From an uncultured delta proteobacterium (lineage in GTDB: Bacteria > Desulfobacterota > Binatia > HRBIN30 > BPIQ01), in assembly GCA_963761335.1 (NCBI GenBank), contig CAVXGR010000015.1, positions 320,001 to 384,000 on the forward strand: a DNA stretch of 64,000 nt. The letters run 5' to 3'. Made by a program: the position numbers and the translations under genes. Below are positions 39,951-49,924 of this stretch, one piece after another. Within the stretch, counting starts at the first letter, position 1; each line of letters starts with the position of its first letter. The notes under the pieces were generated by a model, which worked only from the letters and a program-made list of their open reading frames with translations, had not been told where the DNA came from and made no database searches.

Positions 39951-40503
39951 CCTCTACCTGGCGCTGCTGCACCATCCCGTTCTCGACAAGAACGGCGAGA
40001 TCGTCACCACGGCGCTCACCAACATGGACATCCACGACATCGCGCGCTCGGCCCGCACCTTCGGCGCGCGCCGCTTCTACGTGGTGACCCCGGTGCGCGC
40101 CCTGCAGCTGCTGGCGCTGAAGATCATGGAGCACTGGTCGGTCGGATACGGCAGCACCTACAATCTCACCCGCAAGGACGCTCTCCAGCTGGTGGCGCTG
40201 GAGTCGGACCTCGACCGCACCCTGGTGGGTCTCGAGCGCGACACCGGCGAGCGACCCCTGCTGGTGGTCACCTCGGCCCGCGCCGGGAAGGGCCGGACGT
40301 CGTTCGCGGAGCTGCGGCGGATCCTCGAAACGCCGGGGCCTCCCGTCCTTCTGGTCTTCGGCACCGGCTGGGGGTTGGCCCCCGAAGTCATGGAGCGCGC
40401 CGACCGCATCCTCGAGCCGATCTCCGGCGTCGGCGACTACAACCACCTGTCGGTCCGCTCGGCGGCGGCCATCATCCTTGACCGGCTGCGGCAGCCGCGA
40501 TAA
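39943..40503 (+). CDS. SPOUT-family RNA methyltransferase (trmD-associated)
   Basis: [30 protein letters not shown]. Confidence 0.9.
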   Translation: MSDLYLALLHHPVLDKNGEIVTTALTNMDIHDIARSARTFGARRFYVVTPVRALQLLALKIMEHWSVGYGSTYNLTRKDALQLVALESDLDRTLVGLERDTGERPLLVVTSARAGKGRTSFAELRRILETPGPPVLLVFGTGWGLAPEVMERADRILEPISGVGDYNHLSVRSAAAIILDRLRQPR

Positions 40504-40542
40504 TAGTTGCGATTCCCGGAATCCCGGACAGCGAGGCTACCC

Positions 40543-40893
40543 ATGAACGTCATCGAGCGGATCGAGCAGGAACAGCTCCGGAGTGATGTGCCCGACTTCA
40601 AGGCCGGCGACACCGTGCGTGTCCACGTGAAGGTGGTCGAGGGAGAGAAGGAGCGCATTCAGGTGTTCGAGGGCGCCGTGATCCGCCGCAGCCGCGGCGC
40701 CAACCGGGCGACGTTCACGGTGCGCAAGGTCTCCTACGGGGTCGGCGTCGAGCGCACCTTTCCGGTGCACTCGCCGCGCATCGACAAGGTCGAGGTGGTC
40801 AGCCGGGGTATCGTCCGCCGTGCCCGCCTCTACTACCTGCGCGAGCGCACCGGCAAGGCGGCGCGCATCCCCACCCGCGAAGTCGGCCGCTGA
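40543..40893 (+). CDS. rplS: 50S ribosomal protein L19
   Basis: [30 protein letters not shown]. Confidence 0.97.
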   Translation: MNVIERIEQEQLRSDVPDFKAGDTVRVHVKVVEGEKERIQVFEGAVIRRSRGANRATFTVRKVSYGVGVERTFPVHSPRIDKVEVVSRGIVRRARLYYLRERTGKAARIPTREVGR

Positions 40894-40914
40894 GCCGGCG
40901 GCGGTCCGCCGGCG

Positions 40915-41394
40915 ATGCCGATCGACAAGGCCGCATTTCGCCACGCGCTCGGGCACTTCGCGGCGGGGGTGACGGTGGTCACCACCCGCGGTGCCGACGG
41001 CCAGCCGTACGGCTTGACCGCCACCGCTTTCTCCTCGCTGTCCCTGGTGCCGCCGCTGGTCCTGGTGTGTATCGACAAGAAGTCGGAGAGCTTCCCGCAC
41101 TTCGAAGAGTCGGACTGCTTCGCGGTGAACTTCCTGGCCCTCGGCTCGCGCGACGTGTCGCAGCGCTTCGCGACCTCGGGAGGCGACAAGTTCAGCGGCA
41201 TTGCCCATCGCACCGCCGCTACCGGCGCCCCGGTGCTGGAGGAGGCACTGGCATTCGTCGACTGCCGGACGGTGCAGCGCCATCAGGGCGGCGACCATGT
41301 CATCTACGTCGGTGAGGTCGAGGCCACCGAGGTCACCGGCGCCGAGCCGCTTCTGCACTTCTGCGGCGCCTATCGCAAGCTGGCGGAAGACTGA
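40915..41394 (+). CDS. Flavin reductase family protein
   Basis: FRHALGHFAAGVTVV, SLSLVPPL, GGDH. Confidence 0.9.
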   Translation: MPIDKAAFRHALGHFAAGVTVVTTRGADGQPYGLTATAFSSLSLVPPLVLVCIDKKSESFPHFEESDCFAVNFLALGSRDVSQRFATSGGDKFSGIAHRTAATGAPVLEEALAFVDCRTVQRHQGGDHVIYVGEVEATEVTGAEPLLHFCGAYRKLAED

Positions 41395-41536
41395 TCGGGA
41401 CAGCGCCGCCGAGCCTGCCAAGGACTTGGGTCTCATTCTCATTCCCGGTTCTCATCCCGTCGTCTTCCATCCGCTCTGACGGCCGCGAGTACCAACGCCA
41501 GGCTCGCGGGGCGAACGATGGTAGCCGGGGGCTGAC

Positions 41537-41652
41537 GAGGCTGTCTCAAGTGTAGAAGCGCCGTCCCGGCGCTTTCCGAAGCGGCGAGACGCCGCTTCTA
41601 CCTGGCCCGCGAGCCGGCGAAAGTCGTCTTGCCTGAGTTTTGAGACAGCCTC
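41537..41652. mobile_element. MITE (116 bp), second copy of the 29554 element, inside a REP hairpin
   Basis: TIRs GAGGCTGTCTCAA / TTGAGACAGCCTC; near-identical interior. Flanks GGTAGCCGGGG..TGAC / TGAA..CCCCGGCTACC. Confidence 0.8.
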
Positions 41653-41709
41653 TGAAACCCCGGCTACCGTCCGGGTGACCGGGAATGGAGAGGGCTCTTC
41701 GCCTTCTGC

Positions 41710-43287
41710 CTAGCGCGTCAGCTCGTTGTCCAGGGAACGCTCGACGGATGCGAGATCGACCGGATAGACGGTGGCAAATGCCGTGTCGATGCTCTGGCCC
41801 TCGCCGAGCGCTGCGAGCAGCCGCGGGATCTTGCGGGCATCGTAGCGGTCGATGATGGCGGCGGTGATCAGGTAGCTCTGCGCGTAGGCCACGGGGGCGC
41901 GGCGGTCGGAGAGATGGATGAAGGTGTCGGCGAGCTCCGCCAGGGTGAACAGCCGTTGCCCGGCGATCTGCTGCATGGCCCAATCGCGGCGCTCGCCCGG
42001 CCAGGTCTCCTCCGACCAGATTGCCAGCCCCTCGTTCAGCCACGCCGGGCAGCGGCCGCGGCTCAGCGCCGCGATGATGCTGTGGGCGTACTCGTGACGG
42101 ACGATGCGGTCCAGAGCGTCGCTGTCGTCGCTGAGACCGCGCACCGGCAGCTTGATGCGGCCGTCATAGGCGGCGCCCGCCCAGCGCGGCGTCTGGGTGA
42201 TGTCGTGGAAGTCCTCCTCGGCGTAGAGGACCACCGAGGTCGGCTGCCGGGGGTAGTAGTCGAACTTGCGCCCCACCGACACGTAGGCGGCCTCGAGGCT
42301 GCGGAGGACGATGCGCGCCGCGGCGCGGTTCTCCTGGGCATCGAAACGGATCTCGAAGTTTCGGCTCTTCTCCTCGGTGAAATCCCACTCGGCGTCGACC
42401 TCGCGCGAGAGGCGCTGGATGCGGTCATCGAGGACGCCGGCGGGCACACCCGCTTCCCGGGCTCGCTGCAGCATTTCCAGGGCGCGCACGCGATCGTTGC
42501 TGCCCTCGTAGACCTCCGCCAGGGCGAGCAGCGTGCCGCCGTCGGCGGCGCCCATCTGCACGGCTTCCTCCAGGTAGCCGCGCGCCAGGCCCGGGTCGCC
42601 GGCCCGCAGGGTGGCGATCCCCAGGCCGGTCAGCACCTCCGGTTCCTTGCCGAATCCCAGGGCCTCGGCGAACAGCTGGCGCGCCTTCTCGACGTTGCCC
42701 GACTGCAGCTCGTGAACTCCCCAGTTGTTGAGGGTGACCTGCAGATTGTGCCGCACCGTCGCCTGCATCGGCTCCAGATCGAGGGCCTGGCGCAGCTTGG
42801 CGGCGGCGCGCTCGTACTCACCCCCGTCGCCGAGCTCGACGGCCTCTTGGTTGAGCGCCGCCGCCGGCCCCGCGGCGCCATTGCTGCCGAGAGGGTTCAA
42901 GCGCTCCACCGGCGCCAGCGGTGGCAACGCCTTCCCAGGGTGCGGCGGCAGCGCCAGCCAGGCGGAGAGGACCAGGCAGGCGGCGCCGAGGAGCAGCAGC
43001 GGCCGCGTCGCGGAGGAGCGCCCGGAAGACGGGGGCGAAGCCTCGGCGGACGGCGCACCCTCCGGCCGCGCCGTCACCTGGGCGCCGAGCAGCTCGAGGC
43101 GCTGCCGCATCACCGCGGCGCGGTCCGCCGAGATGCCGGCGTAGAGGCGGTGCGGCAGCGGCGCGTCGCGCTCCAGCGGCAGGTGTGGCTCGGCGCCGAC
43201 GCCGCCCGCCGCCAGAGCCTCGAGCACGCGTTCGCGGGCGACCTCGTTGCGAAAGCCGAGCAGGATGATGTCGAGCGGAGCGGTCAC
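41710..43287 (-). CDS. Membrane-anchored TPR protein with peptidase MA-like metalloprotease domain
   Basis: TM helix, TPR repeats, HEYAH..WLNEGLA zincin motif. Confidence 0.85.
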   Translation of the reverse strand: MTAPLDIILLGFRNEVARERVLEALAAGGVGAEPHLPLERDAPLPHRLYAGISADRAAVMRQRLELLGAQVTARPEGAPSAEASPPSSGRSSATRPLLLLGAACLVLSAWLALPPHPGKALPPLAPVERLNPLGSNGAAGPAAALNQEAVELGDGGEYERAAAKLRQALDLEPMQATVRHNLQVTLNNWGVHELQSGNVEKARQLFAEALGFGKEPEVLTGLGIATLRAGDPGLARGYLEEAVQMGAADGGTLLALAEVYEGSNDRVRALEMLQRAREAGVPAGVLDDRIQRLSREVDAEWDFTEEKSRNFEIRFDAQENRAAARIVLRSLEAAYVSVGRKFDYYPRQPTSVVLYAEEDFHDITQTPRWAGAAYDGRIKLPVRGLSDDSDALDRIVRHEYAHSIIAALSRGRCPAWLNEGLAIWSEETWPGERRDWAMQQIAGQRLFTLAELADTFIHLSDRRAPVAYAQSYLITAAIIDRYDARKIPRLLAALGEGQSIDTAFATVYPVDLASVERSLDNELTR

Positions 43288-43463
43288 CTCGCCGGATTGT
43301 ACGCCAACCCGCGCCGCTGTTCACGCCGAAGCGCCCGGGAGCGCGGCCATCTTGGCCGCCTCTGTTCTTTGATACGACCCGCGGCCGGGCCGACCGCGCT
43401 CCCGGCAGTCCTCTTTTCTTGATGCGCCCGCAGTGTTAAGTCACACGCGTCCGCTCCGGGTGA

Positions 43464-43551
43464 GGAGAGGTGCGTGAGCCCGGTTGAAACGGCACGACTC
43501 GAAATCGTGTGACCCCTTGCGGGTCCGGGGGTTCGAATCCCCCCCTCTCCG
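43464..43551 (+). tRNA. tRNA-Ser(CGA)
   Basis: Acceptor GGAGAGG/CCTCTCC, anticodon arm CACGA-CTCGAAA-TCGTG, long variable arm, T-loop GGTTCGAATCC, discriminator G, no encoded CCA. Confidence 0.93.
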
Positions 43552-43623
43552 CTTCCTTTTCGGGTACTTGGGGCATTTGGAGAAACCCGGGCGGGTGCCC
43601 CGGGTGTCCAAAAAGTGTCCAAT

Positions 43624-44165
43624 TCAGCCGAGCACCTTTCCCGCAAGGCGTTCGATCGAGCCGGTCTGCTCGCTCGGTATGAAGTGGGAATAGACGTCGA
43701 GCAGCGTCGACAGCCGGGCGTGCCCGCTGTACTTCTGCACCTCGGTCGGCGGCGTCCCCTGCGCGAGCAGCGCCGAGCAGAAGGAATGCCGCAGCGTGTG
43801 GACGTGGAAGCGGCCGTTGATCCCGGCCCGCTCCAACGCCGGACGCAGCACCTGCTGAAGAATCCGAGTCCGATGCTGCGGTAGGCCCGCTCGGGTCGGG
43901 AAGACGAGATCCAGATCTCCCTTGGGGCACTGGAGCCGCCATTTCTTCAGTGTCAACGCCAGTCCCGCGGGGCAGGGGATCTTTCGGTTGCCCCGCGTCC
44001 CGGTTTTCGTGTCGAAGAATTTCGCCCGCTTCGGTTCGCCCGGCAGCTTTGCCCATGAGAGCGAGCGGCGGACATGCACCGTACCGACCTCGAAATCCAC
44101 GTCTGACCACTTGAGAGCGAGCAGTTCATCGTGCCGCGCGCCGGTCATCACGGCCGTCATGAGGT
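43624..44165 (-). pseudogene. Tyrosine integrase, catalytic C-terminal half only
   Basis: TGARHDELLAL, HTLRHS, SGHA..VYSH. 5' part replaced at 44166 by an oriIS-like repeat. Confidence 0.88.
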
Positions 44166-44269
44166 GCGGATAGTCCGCATAAAGGCGCAATTTGACGAAA
44201 CGCCTCAATATCGGACGCCTCCCAGACGCCTCCCACCGTCTCGATAATCCTCCGGCGAACCGTATACGG
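44166..44269 (-). mobile_element. IS91/ISCR-like oriIS end, copy A (no adjacent transposase)
   Basis: Near-identical to 49480-49573 apart from an 11-bp tandem duplication (GACGCCTCCCA). Identity stops abruptly after minus-strand ...GGACTATCCGC. Confidence 0.7.
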
Positions 44270-44408
44270 CTGGATTCCGCCTTTTCACATTGACGACTTC
44301 GACGGCGCGAGCTAGAAAGGCCCCGCTCCGGCGAGGGAAAACGGAGCCGTGGCATGGCGAGGCGGTTGCGGCTTGCGAGCAGCCGACTTCTAGAAGGAGG
44401 CACTGAGC

Positions 44409-46037
44409 ATGACGCAGAGCATCACGGTGGGTCCGCAGCTTGGCCGTTCCTCGGCTGTAAGCCGGCGTTACGCTTTTTCCGTGACGTTCTTGGCGCTCCT
44501 GTTTCTGATCGCCCCGGCGCACGCGGCGACGACGACGTTCAGCATCACAGCTGGAGCAAACGACGGTGCCATCAATCACGCGGGCTCCGTCTATCCGCCG
44601 GGCCTCGGCGCCGGCCTGAACCCTACGAACTCGACGATGACCACCACCAAGGATTTGGTGACCGGCACGTACACCGTCAATGTCGGCGTGATGCGGTGGG
44701 ACACTTCGTCGCTGGATTCTTCCGCCATCATCACGGGCGTCGACCTGATCGTGGATGTCACGGCTCTGAGCAACAGCGACAATCGCAATCTCGTTTGCGA
44801 GTGGATGGTAGACGGAGCGCTGGGGAATGGCGACTGGACGGACCCCGTCGGTACGTCGGCGCTCAACATCGCCTTGTCGAGCTTGACGAACAGCACGATC
44901 AACACGCTGGCCTTGAGTGGCTTCAACGGCTCGCCGGGCGTGGACAAGGCAGGCTTTACGAAGCTGCGCTGCGGCATCAGTGGCGGTGCGCCTCCGGCGG
45001 GCCTGAATCGAGTGCAGTGGGCGACCCTCGAGCATACGACGCTCCAAGAGCCGCGGCTTGCCGTCACCTTTCAGCTCCCGACCGAAACGCCGACGGAGAC
45101 GCCTACCGCGACTCCCACAGAGACGCCCACGGCCACCCCGAGCGAAACTCCCACGGAAACCCCCACCGCCACCCCGAGCGAAACTCCCACGGAGACGCCC
45201 ACCGCCACCCCGAGCGAAACTCCCACGGAGACGCCCACCGCCACCCCGAGCGAAACTCCCACGGAGACGCCCACGGCCACCCCGAGCGAGACTCCCACGG
45301 AGACGCCCAGCGCCACCCCGAGCGAGACTCCCACGGAGACGCCCAGCGCCACCCCGAGCGACACTCCCACGGAGACACCGACGGCGACTCCGACCTCGAC
45401 GCCCACCGAGACGCCGACGGTGACTCCGACCTCGACGCCCACCGAGACGCCTACCGAGACGCCAACGGTGACGCCCACCTCGACGCCCACTGAGACGCCG
45501 ACGATCACCGCAACCGCTACGCCGACGCAGACGCCGACGATAACGAACACGGCGACGCCGACACAGACACCTACCGTCACGCCGACGTCAACGGACACCC
45601 CGTCGCCAACCCCCGCGGGGATCCAGATCACCGGCGGCGCCGAGCCTGGCTCGACGCGCATCTTCGGTGGGGGAGAGCCGAACCTGACGCAGGGATGTAT
45701 CCTGGTGTGCGAGCGGGGTCCGAACGATACTTTCGAGAACTGCGCGGGCGATGACGAGCCGCTCGGCACTGGAGGCACCAATGGGGCAGGGCAGTTCGTC
45801 GAGAGCTCGACTCCGGGCATCGGCCTGAACCGCCCCCTTCAGGTCGGTGATGTCGTCTGCGCTTACGATTCCTGTGAGACGATGACCGGATTCTGCGCCG
45901 GTGTCTTCGGTCCGATGCCGGCGCCTGCGTTGTCCGCACGAGCCCTTCTCTTCGCCCTCGGACTGCTCGGCCTCACAGGCTGGCTCAGCCTGCGGAGGTC
46001 GCGCCGTCAGGCGATCCACAGGCCCCCCGGCTCATGA
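44409..46037 (+). CDS. Secreted protein with Thr/Pro-rich stalk and IPTL-CTERM-like sorting signal
   Basis: SD GAAGGAGG, signal peptide ..AHA, PT repeats, C-terminal PAPALS + TM helix + RRSRR. Confidence 0.85.
   Translation: MTQSITVGPQLGRSSAVSRRYAFSVTFLALLFLIAPAHAATTTFSITAGANDGAINHAGSVYPPGLGAGLNPTNSTMTTTKDLVTGTYTVNVGVMRWDTSSLDSSAIITGVDLIVDVTALSNSDNRNLVCEWMVDGALGNGDWTDPVGTSALNIALSSLTNSTINTLALSGFNGSPGVDKAGFTKLRCGISGGAPPAGLNRVQWATLEHTTLQEPRLAVTFQLPTETPTETPTATPTETPTATPSETPTETPTATPSETPTETPTATPSETPTETPTATPSETPTETPTATPSETPTETPSATPSETPTETPSATPSDTPTETPTATPTSTPTETPTVTPTSTPTETPTETPTVTPTSTPTETPTITATATPTQTPTITNTATPTQTPTVTPTSTDTPSPTPAGIQITGGAEPGSTRIFGGGEPNLTQGCILVCERGPNDTFENCAGDDEPLGTGGTNGAGQFVESSTPGIGLNRPLQVGDVVCAYDSCETMTGFCAGVFGPMPAPALSARALLFALGLLGLTGWLSLRRSRRQAIHRPPGS
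45078..45615 (+). repeat. Coding tandem repeats (36-bp unit [12 protein letters not shown], about 7 copies, plus degenerate TPT units)
   Basis: In-frame repeats within 44409-46037. Confidence 0.9.
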
Positions 46038-46199
46038 TCCGCCGGGCCCCGGGGCTCACGCCCCGGGGCCCGGCCCCTTCGGCGGCGCTGCCGGTCCGCC
46101 CAGCCCCGACGTCCGGGAGCGGCAGTAGCGGATCAACGCGAGCTTTCGCTTGCGCCCTGGAATCGGAGGCCATGCCTCCCTGTGCGTCGCGCCGAGGCA

Positions 46200-46576
46200 T
46201 GGCCTGGCATTCCAGGGCGGGAGCACTTCCGGGTTCTCCGACGATGGCACGCTGGCGTACCGAACCCTGGGCGCCGAGGCGGTGCTCGCCGTCGGCGTTC
46301 TCCCCGGAGACGCGACCTGCGACGGGTCGCTCACAGCGGCAGATCTGGTGGAGCTGATCGCTCTGCTTGCCGATCCCGAGCGGCCGAGCTGTGGCCTCGA
46401 GGATGTCGACGAGGACGGAGCGCTCGACGGCGAAGACGCCGAGGCCTGGTCTTGTCGGCGGGGCTGCGCGGCGAGACGAACCACGAGAAGCGCAGCTCCG
46501 CCGCGCGCTCGAGCTGTTCACTCGGATGGGCGCCACGGGCCGAGCCGCCCGCCTCGCCCGCGAGCTTGGGAGCTAA
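46200..46576 (+). pseudogene. Chimeric gene remnants: dockerin-like repeat joined to the C-terminus of an AAA/TPR regulator
   Basis: GDATCDGSLTAADL..DVDEDGALDGED in one frame; LRRALELFTRMGATGRAARLARELGS* in another. Confidence 0.5.
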
Positions 46577-46664
46577 GCTCCCCCGTGCGGTGTCCCGTAC
46601 GGTTGCACATGCCTTCCTTCATGGACCATCATGCATGGACCATCATGATGCGGAGGGGGAGGAC

Positions 46665-46961
46665 ATGGCCGGATATTTGATTGCCAATTACCGCATTACC
46701 AACCCGGACGCTTACCGAGCCTACCCGCCGGCAGTGTTGCCTACGCTCGCGGCGCACGGCGCCGAGGTGCTGGTTGCCGACTACGCTAGCGTTCCCGTTG
46801 AAGGTAATCCGTCCGCTGTGACGATCGTGGTCAGGTTCCCGTCGAAAGAGGCGGCGCGGGCGTGGTACGACTCCCCCGAATATCGGAAGATCATCGGCCT
46901 CCGCACCGACAACAGCGAAGGGATAGTCGTCTTTACGGACGAGTTCGTCATGCCGCAATGA
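46665..46961 (+). CDS. DUF1330 family protein
   Basis: SD GGAGG. MAGYLIA..Y..HGAEVL..EG..VRFPS..ARAWYDSPEY. Confidence 0.9.
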   Translation: MAGYLIANYRITNPDAYRAYPPAVLPTLAAHGAEVLVADYASVPVEGNPSAVTIVVRFPSKEAARAWYDSPEYRKIIGLRTDNSEGIVVFTDEFVMPQ

Positions 46962-46972
46962 GTCGGTGCTAG

Positions 46973-47488
46973 GGATCTAGCACATGCAGTGCACTCATTC
47001 GGGATGATACGATTTCAGGATATCGCGCCGGCCTCCTGATTTCCAGCACCGGTTCCTCAAGTAACACAATCGTTGCTGACAGCCTACTCTCCGATAATAC
47101 CATCAATATCGATGCCGACGGCGATACGATTGCCACGATCGTATCCAGCGTCGTCCTTGGAGGTGAGACTGGAATATTGATTCGGGAGAATGCGGCAGTG
47201 ACAGTCCGGAACAGCTCGATCCGCAACAACCGCATCGGAATAGACGTGCAAAGTATCCATGCTGATCTGGGAACCGTCGGCAATAATGGTAGCAATACCA
47301 TAATGCATTCCACGTGCGTAAACATCTGGAACCAAACTACTGGCCGGATACCTGCCGTCGGTAATGCGATCGACGCGCGGAAGCGTACTGTTCAGGACAA
47401 CAAGAACCCGTCCGACACGACTATGAACATCGCGAATGAATTCTACCCGAACGGGTGTATCGACCTGACTGGTCATGTGTGCCCTTGA
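46973..47488 (+). pseudogene. 5'-truncated right-handed beta-helix protein fragment, lower GC
   Basis: Open frame of 171 codons with no proper start. IRNNRIGIDV..DLGTVGNNGSNTI pattern; visibly more AT-rich than its neighbours. Confidence 0.55.
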
Positions 47489-47559
47489 TTCTCTGGGATT
47501 ATTGTCGTCGCCGAGGCGGCGCCGGCGGAAATTCCGGGAATGTCTCCGCCCGGCTGCCG

Positions 47560-47967
47560 GCCGTTCCAGACGCACGCGGCGACGACGCCGTCCGGCCGCG
47601 TCACGCGGGCCATCTCGGCGACGCCGGCAACCGCATCCGTCATGAAGTGCACCACCAGCTGCGCGAGCGCCGCGTCGAAGGCGTTGTCCGGGAACGGAAG
47701 CTCCTCCGCGGCCGCGAGCCGGATGTCCACCCCTGGATGTCGCTGGCGGGCCGCCGTGACGAATGGCTCGGAAGGGTCGGCGGCCGCGACTGCGTTCGCC
47801 CCGAGACGGCGGACGAGCTCCGCCACGAGCGCGCCCGGCCCGCAGCCGACGTCGAGGACCCGGTGTCCGGGCTCGATCCCCGCGAAGGCGGCGAACCCCG
47901 AGGCGAGCTGCATCGAGTAGCGGCCCATGAAGGCGTCGTAGGCCTCAGCGGGGACGGCGAAGCTCAT
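47560..47967 (-). pseudogene. Class I SAM-dependent methyltransferase, 3'-truncated
   Basis: MSF..AYDAFMGRYS, VLDVGCGPG, AEELPF, LVVHF. Family-like sequence ends after AACVW. Confidence 0.7.
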
Positions 47968-48471
47968 CGCGGTAGCACCGGCAGCCGGCGCACCAGCTCG
48001 GCTGGCGACAGGATGAATCCGCGCAGCGGCAGCCGCAGCAGGAAGGCCAGCTCGTGCGGATAGGTGCCGCGGCCTCGGGCTCGGCGCCATACATCGCGCC
48101 AGTGGGAAGAGTTCGGGGGCATGCACCACTGTCGCAAGGCGACCATGGCCGGGCAAGCGGTCGAGGCCAGGACGCCGGCAAGTTGCGTCGGTGACCGTCT
48201 GTCCACCGGCCCGAGTTGCCGCGCGCCAGCGGTGCGGCTCGGGCCTCGGTGGTCCGTGGGGGCGGCCGGCGGGCGGCGGACCGGCCGGGCTCCGGGCCAT
48301 TTGTGCGTCCTCGGTCCTCGGGCCCCCCAGGGGCGGGGGGCAGCGCGGCCGAGGGCTGCGCGCGGCGCTTGTGGCTAAATTCAGCCGGGAGAGCCGTCGG
48401 CGGCTGAGGCGCGTCGCGGCCTCCGGCCCGAATTCTTTCGTAGCGAAACATGGCGCCAAGCACCAGGGGGT

Positions 48472-49071
48472 TTACGCCTTCGACGCTCTTCTCCAAGCTC
48501 TGCCGATTGCATCCGCTACGTCCGCGTCTAAGGGTAGCACTGAGCCAGGCCGAATGCGCTTGGCGTAGCCGAGCTGCTTCATTAGGCGCTGGAATCTGCC
48601 CCAGGAGAGCTCTTCGTCGGACCCGGTTGGTTCGCCTAGATAAAAGCGGATCCATTTTGTTGTCCTTTGCTTCAGAAGCACGGGGGCGGCCGGGAGTACG
48701 CAACTCGGACGCTTGGCCTTGTTGCTTCTCCAGATTCTGATGAGGGAATCGCCCGCACGGCACTCTCTCGCACACCGTGACCGTGTGCCCCAGTAGACCC
48801 ACGCCGGTTCAAAGTCGGGAGCATCTTGTTTTGAGCGGACGGTCTCCACGGCCCTCGCGATCATTCTCGCTTCTGCCGGCGACGCTTCGCAAACCATTTC
48901 GCGAATCCCTACAAGCCATGTGCGGTTGCCCAGATGCGAAACCCTCGGCTTGCCCCGTCGTCGAACGCCAACGTGAGGCCGACCCCCACGACGTACAACT
49001 GTGATTTGAGACAGCTTTGCGAGCTCCTTGGCTGTGAGAGCTTGAGATTGTTCAACCAATTGCTCGATCAG
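48472..49071 (-). pseudogene. 3' part of an unknown gene whose 5' end was removed by the IS21 insertion
   Basis: About 200-codon open frame with atypical codon usage that begins exactly at the IS21 terminus. Confidence 0.5.
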
Positions 49072-49479
49072 TGCCTCGGTGGACACCCAAAAGCGGCCAT
49101 AGATGGACACCTGAAAAGCGGCCATAGGAGAGAGCGCTCGGGACGTTGACGAAGCCGAGGGGAAGCGATTCCCCCGGCGGGATGGGCAACGTCTTGAGTA
49201 GAGAGAAGAGGCAGCAGGTCATAGCGCTGGGGCGGCTTGAATGGACGCTGCGGCGCATTGAGGAAGCGACTGGGGTACGCCGCGAGACGGCGAGCGGCTA
49301 CCTGAAGGCGGCGGGCATTGAGGTTCGGCGACCGGGCCGGTGGGGACACCCGCCGCCGGCAAATCCGGCCATAGAGACGTCCACCGACCCGCCGACGTCG
49401 ACGGAGCCGGGCCCGGAGGCAAAACCGGCCATAGAGGTGTCCACCGACTCTGCGGTCTCTGCGGAGGCAGCGAAGTCGA
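49072..49479 (+). mobile_element. istA: IS21-family left end plus istA 5' fragment (ATG 49182)
   Basis: TG-starting terminus with tandem TGGACACC..AAAAGCGGCCA repeats. MGNVL..LRRIEEATGVRRETAS HTH. Cut at 49480 by oriIS. Confidence 0.8.
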
Positions 49480-49924
49480 GCGGATAGTCCGCATAAAGGC
49501 GCAATTTGACGAAACGCCTCAATATCGGACGCCTCCCACCGTCGCGATAATCCTCCGGCGGACCCATATACGGGGCGAACAAACCGGCTGTCAAGGGCTG
49601 CGACCACCCGGCCGCGGCCTCCCGCGTAGCCATTTGGCGTCCCGGCGTCGCGGCCCCAGGGCGCTCGGCGTATCCCCGCGCCGGGGCGCCGATCAATCCG
49701 CGAGCCAATCGGGAGGCTCGAGGCCGGGTAGGTATCCGGACGTACGCGCCGGCGCCGGGCTGGGGAAAACGACGGGCAGCTCCAGATGGCGGAGGATCTT
49801 CTCGACCACCGCCGGCCCCGCACGCCGGAAGCCTCTGGCGGGCGTGTCCTCGATCGTCGCCAGAAATCGCAGCCGCCCGCCGCAGTCCGGGCAAGCGAGA
49901 ACATCGATCTCGAAGGAACGCTTC

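Noticed and set aside
44166..44403. N-terminus of the 259-aa integrase ORF
   Set aside because: It is translated oriIS repeat sequence; the same peptide appears at 49480-49573.
45078..45615. 36-bp repeats as a CRISPR array
   Set aside because: Head-to-tail with no unique spacers, in frame, encoding a Thr/Pro linker; no cas genes in the window.
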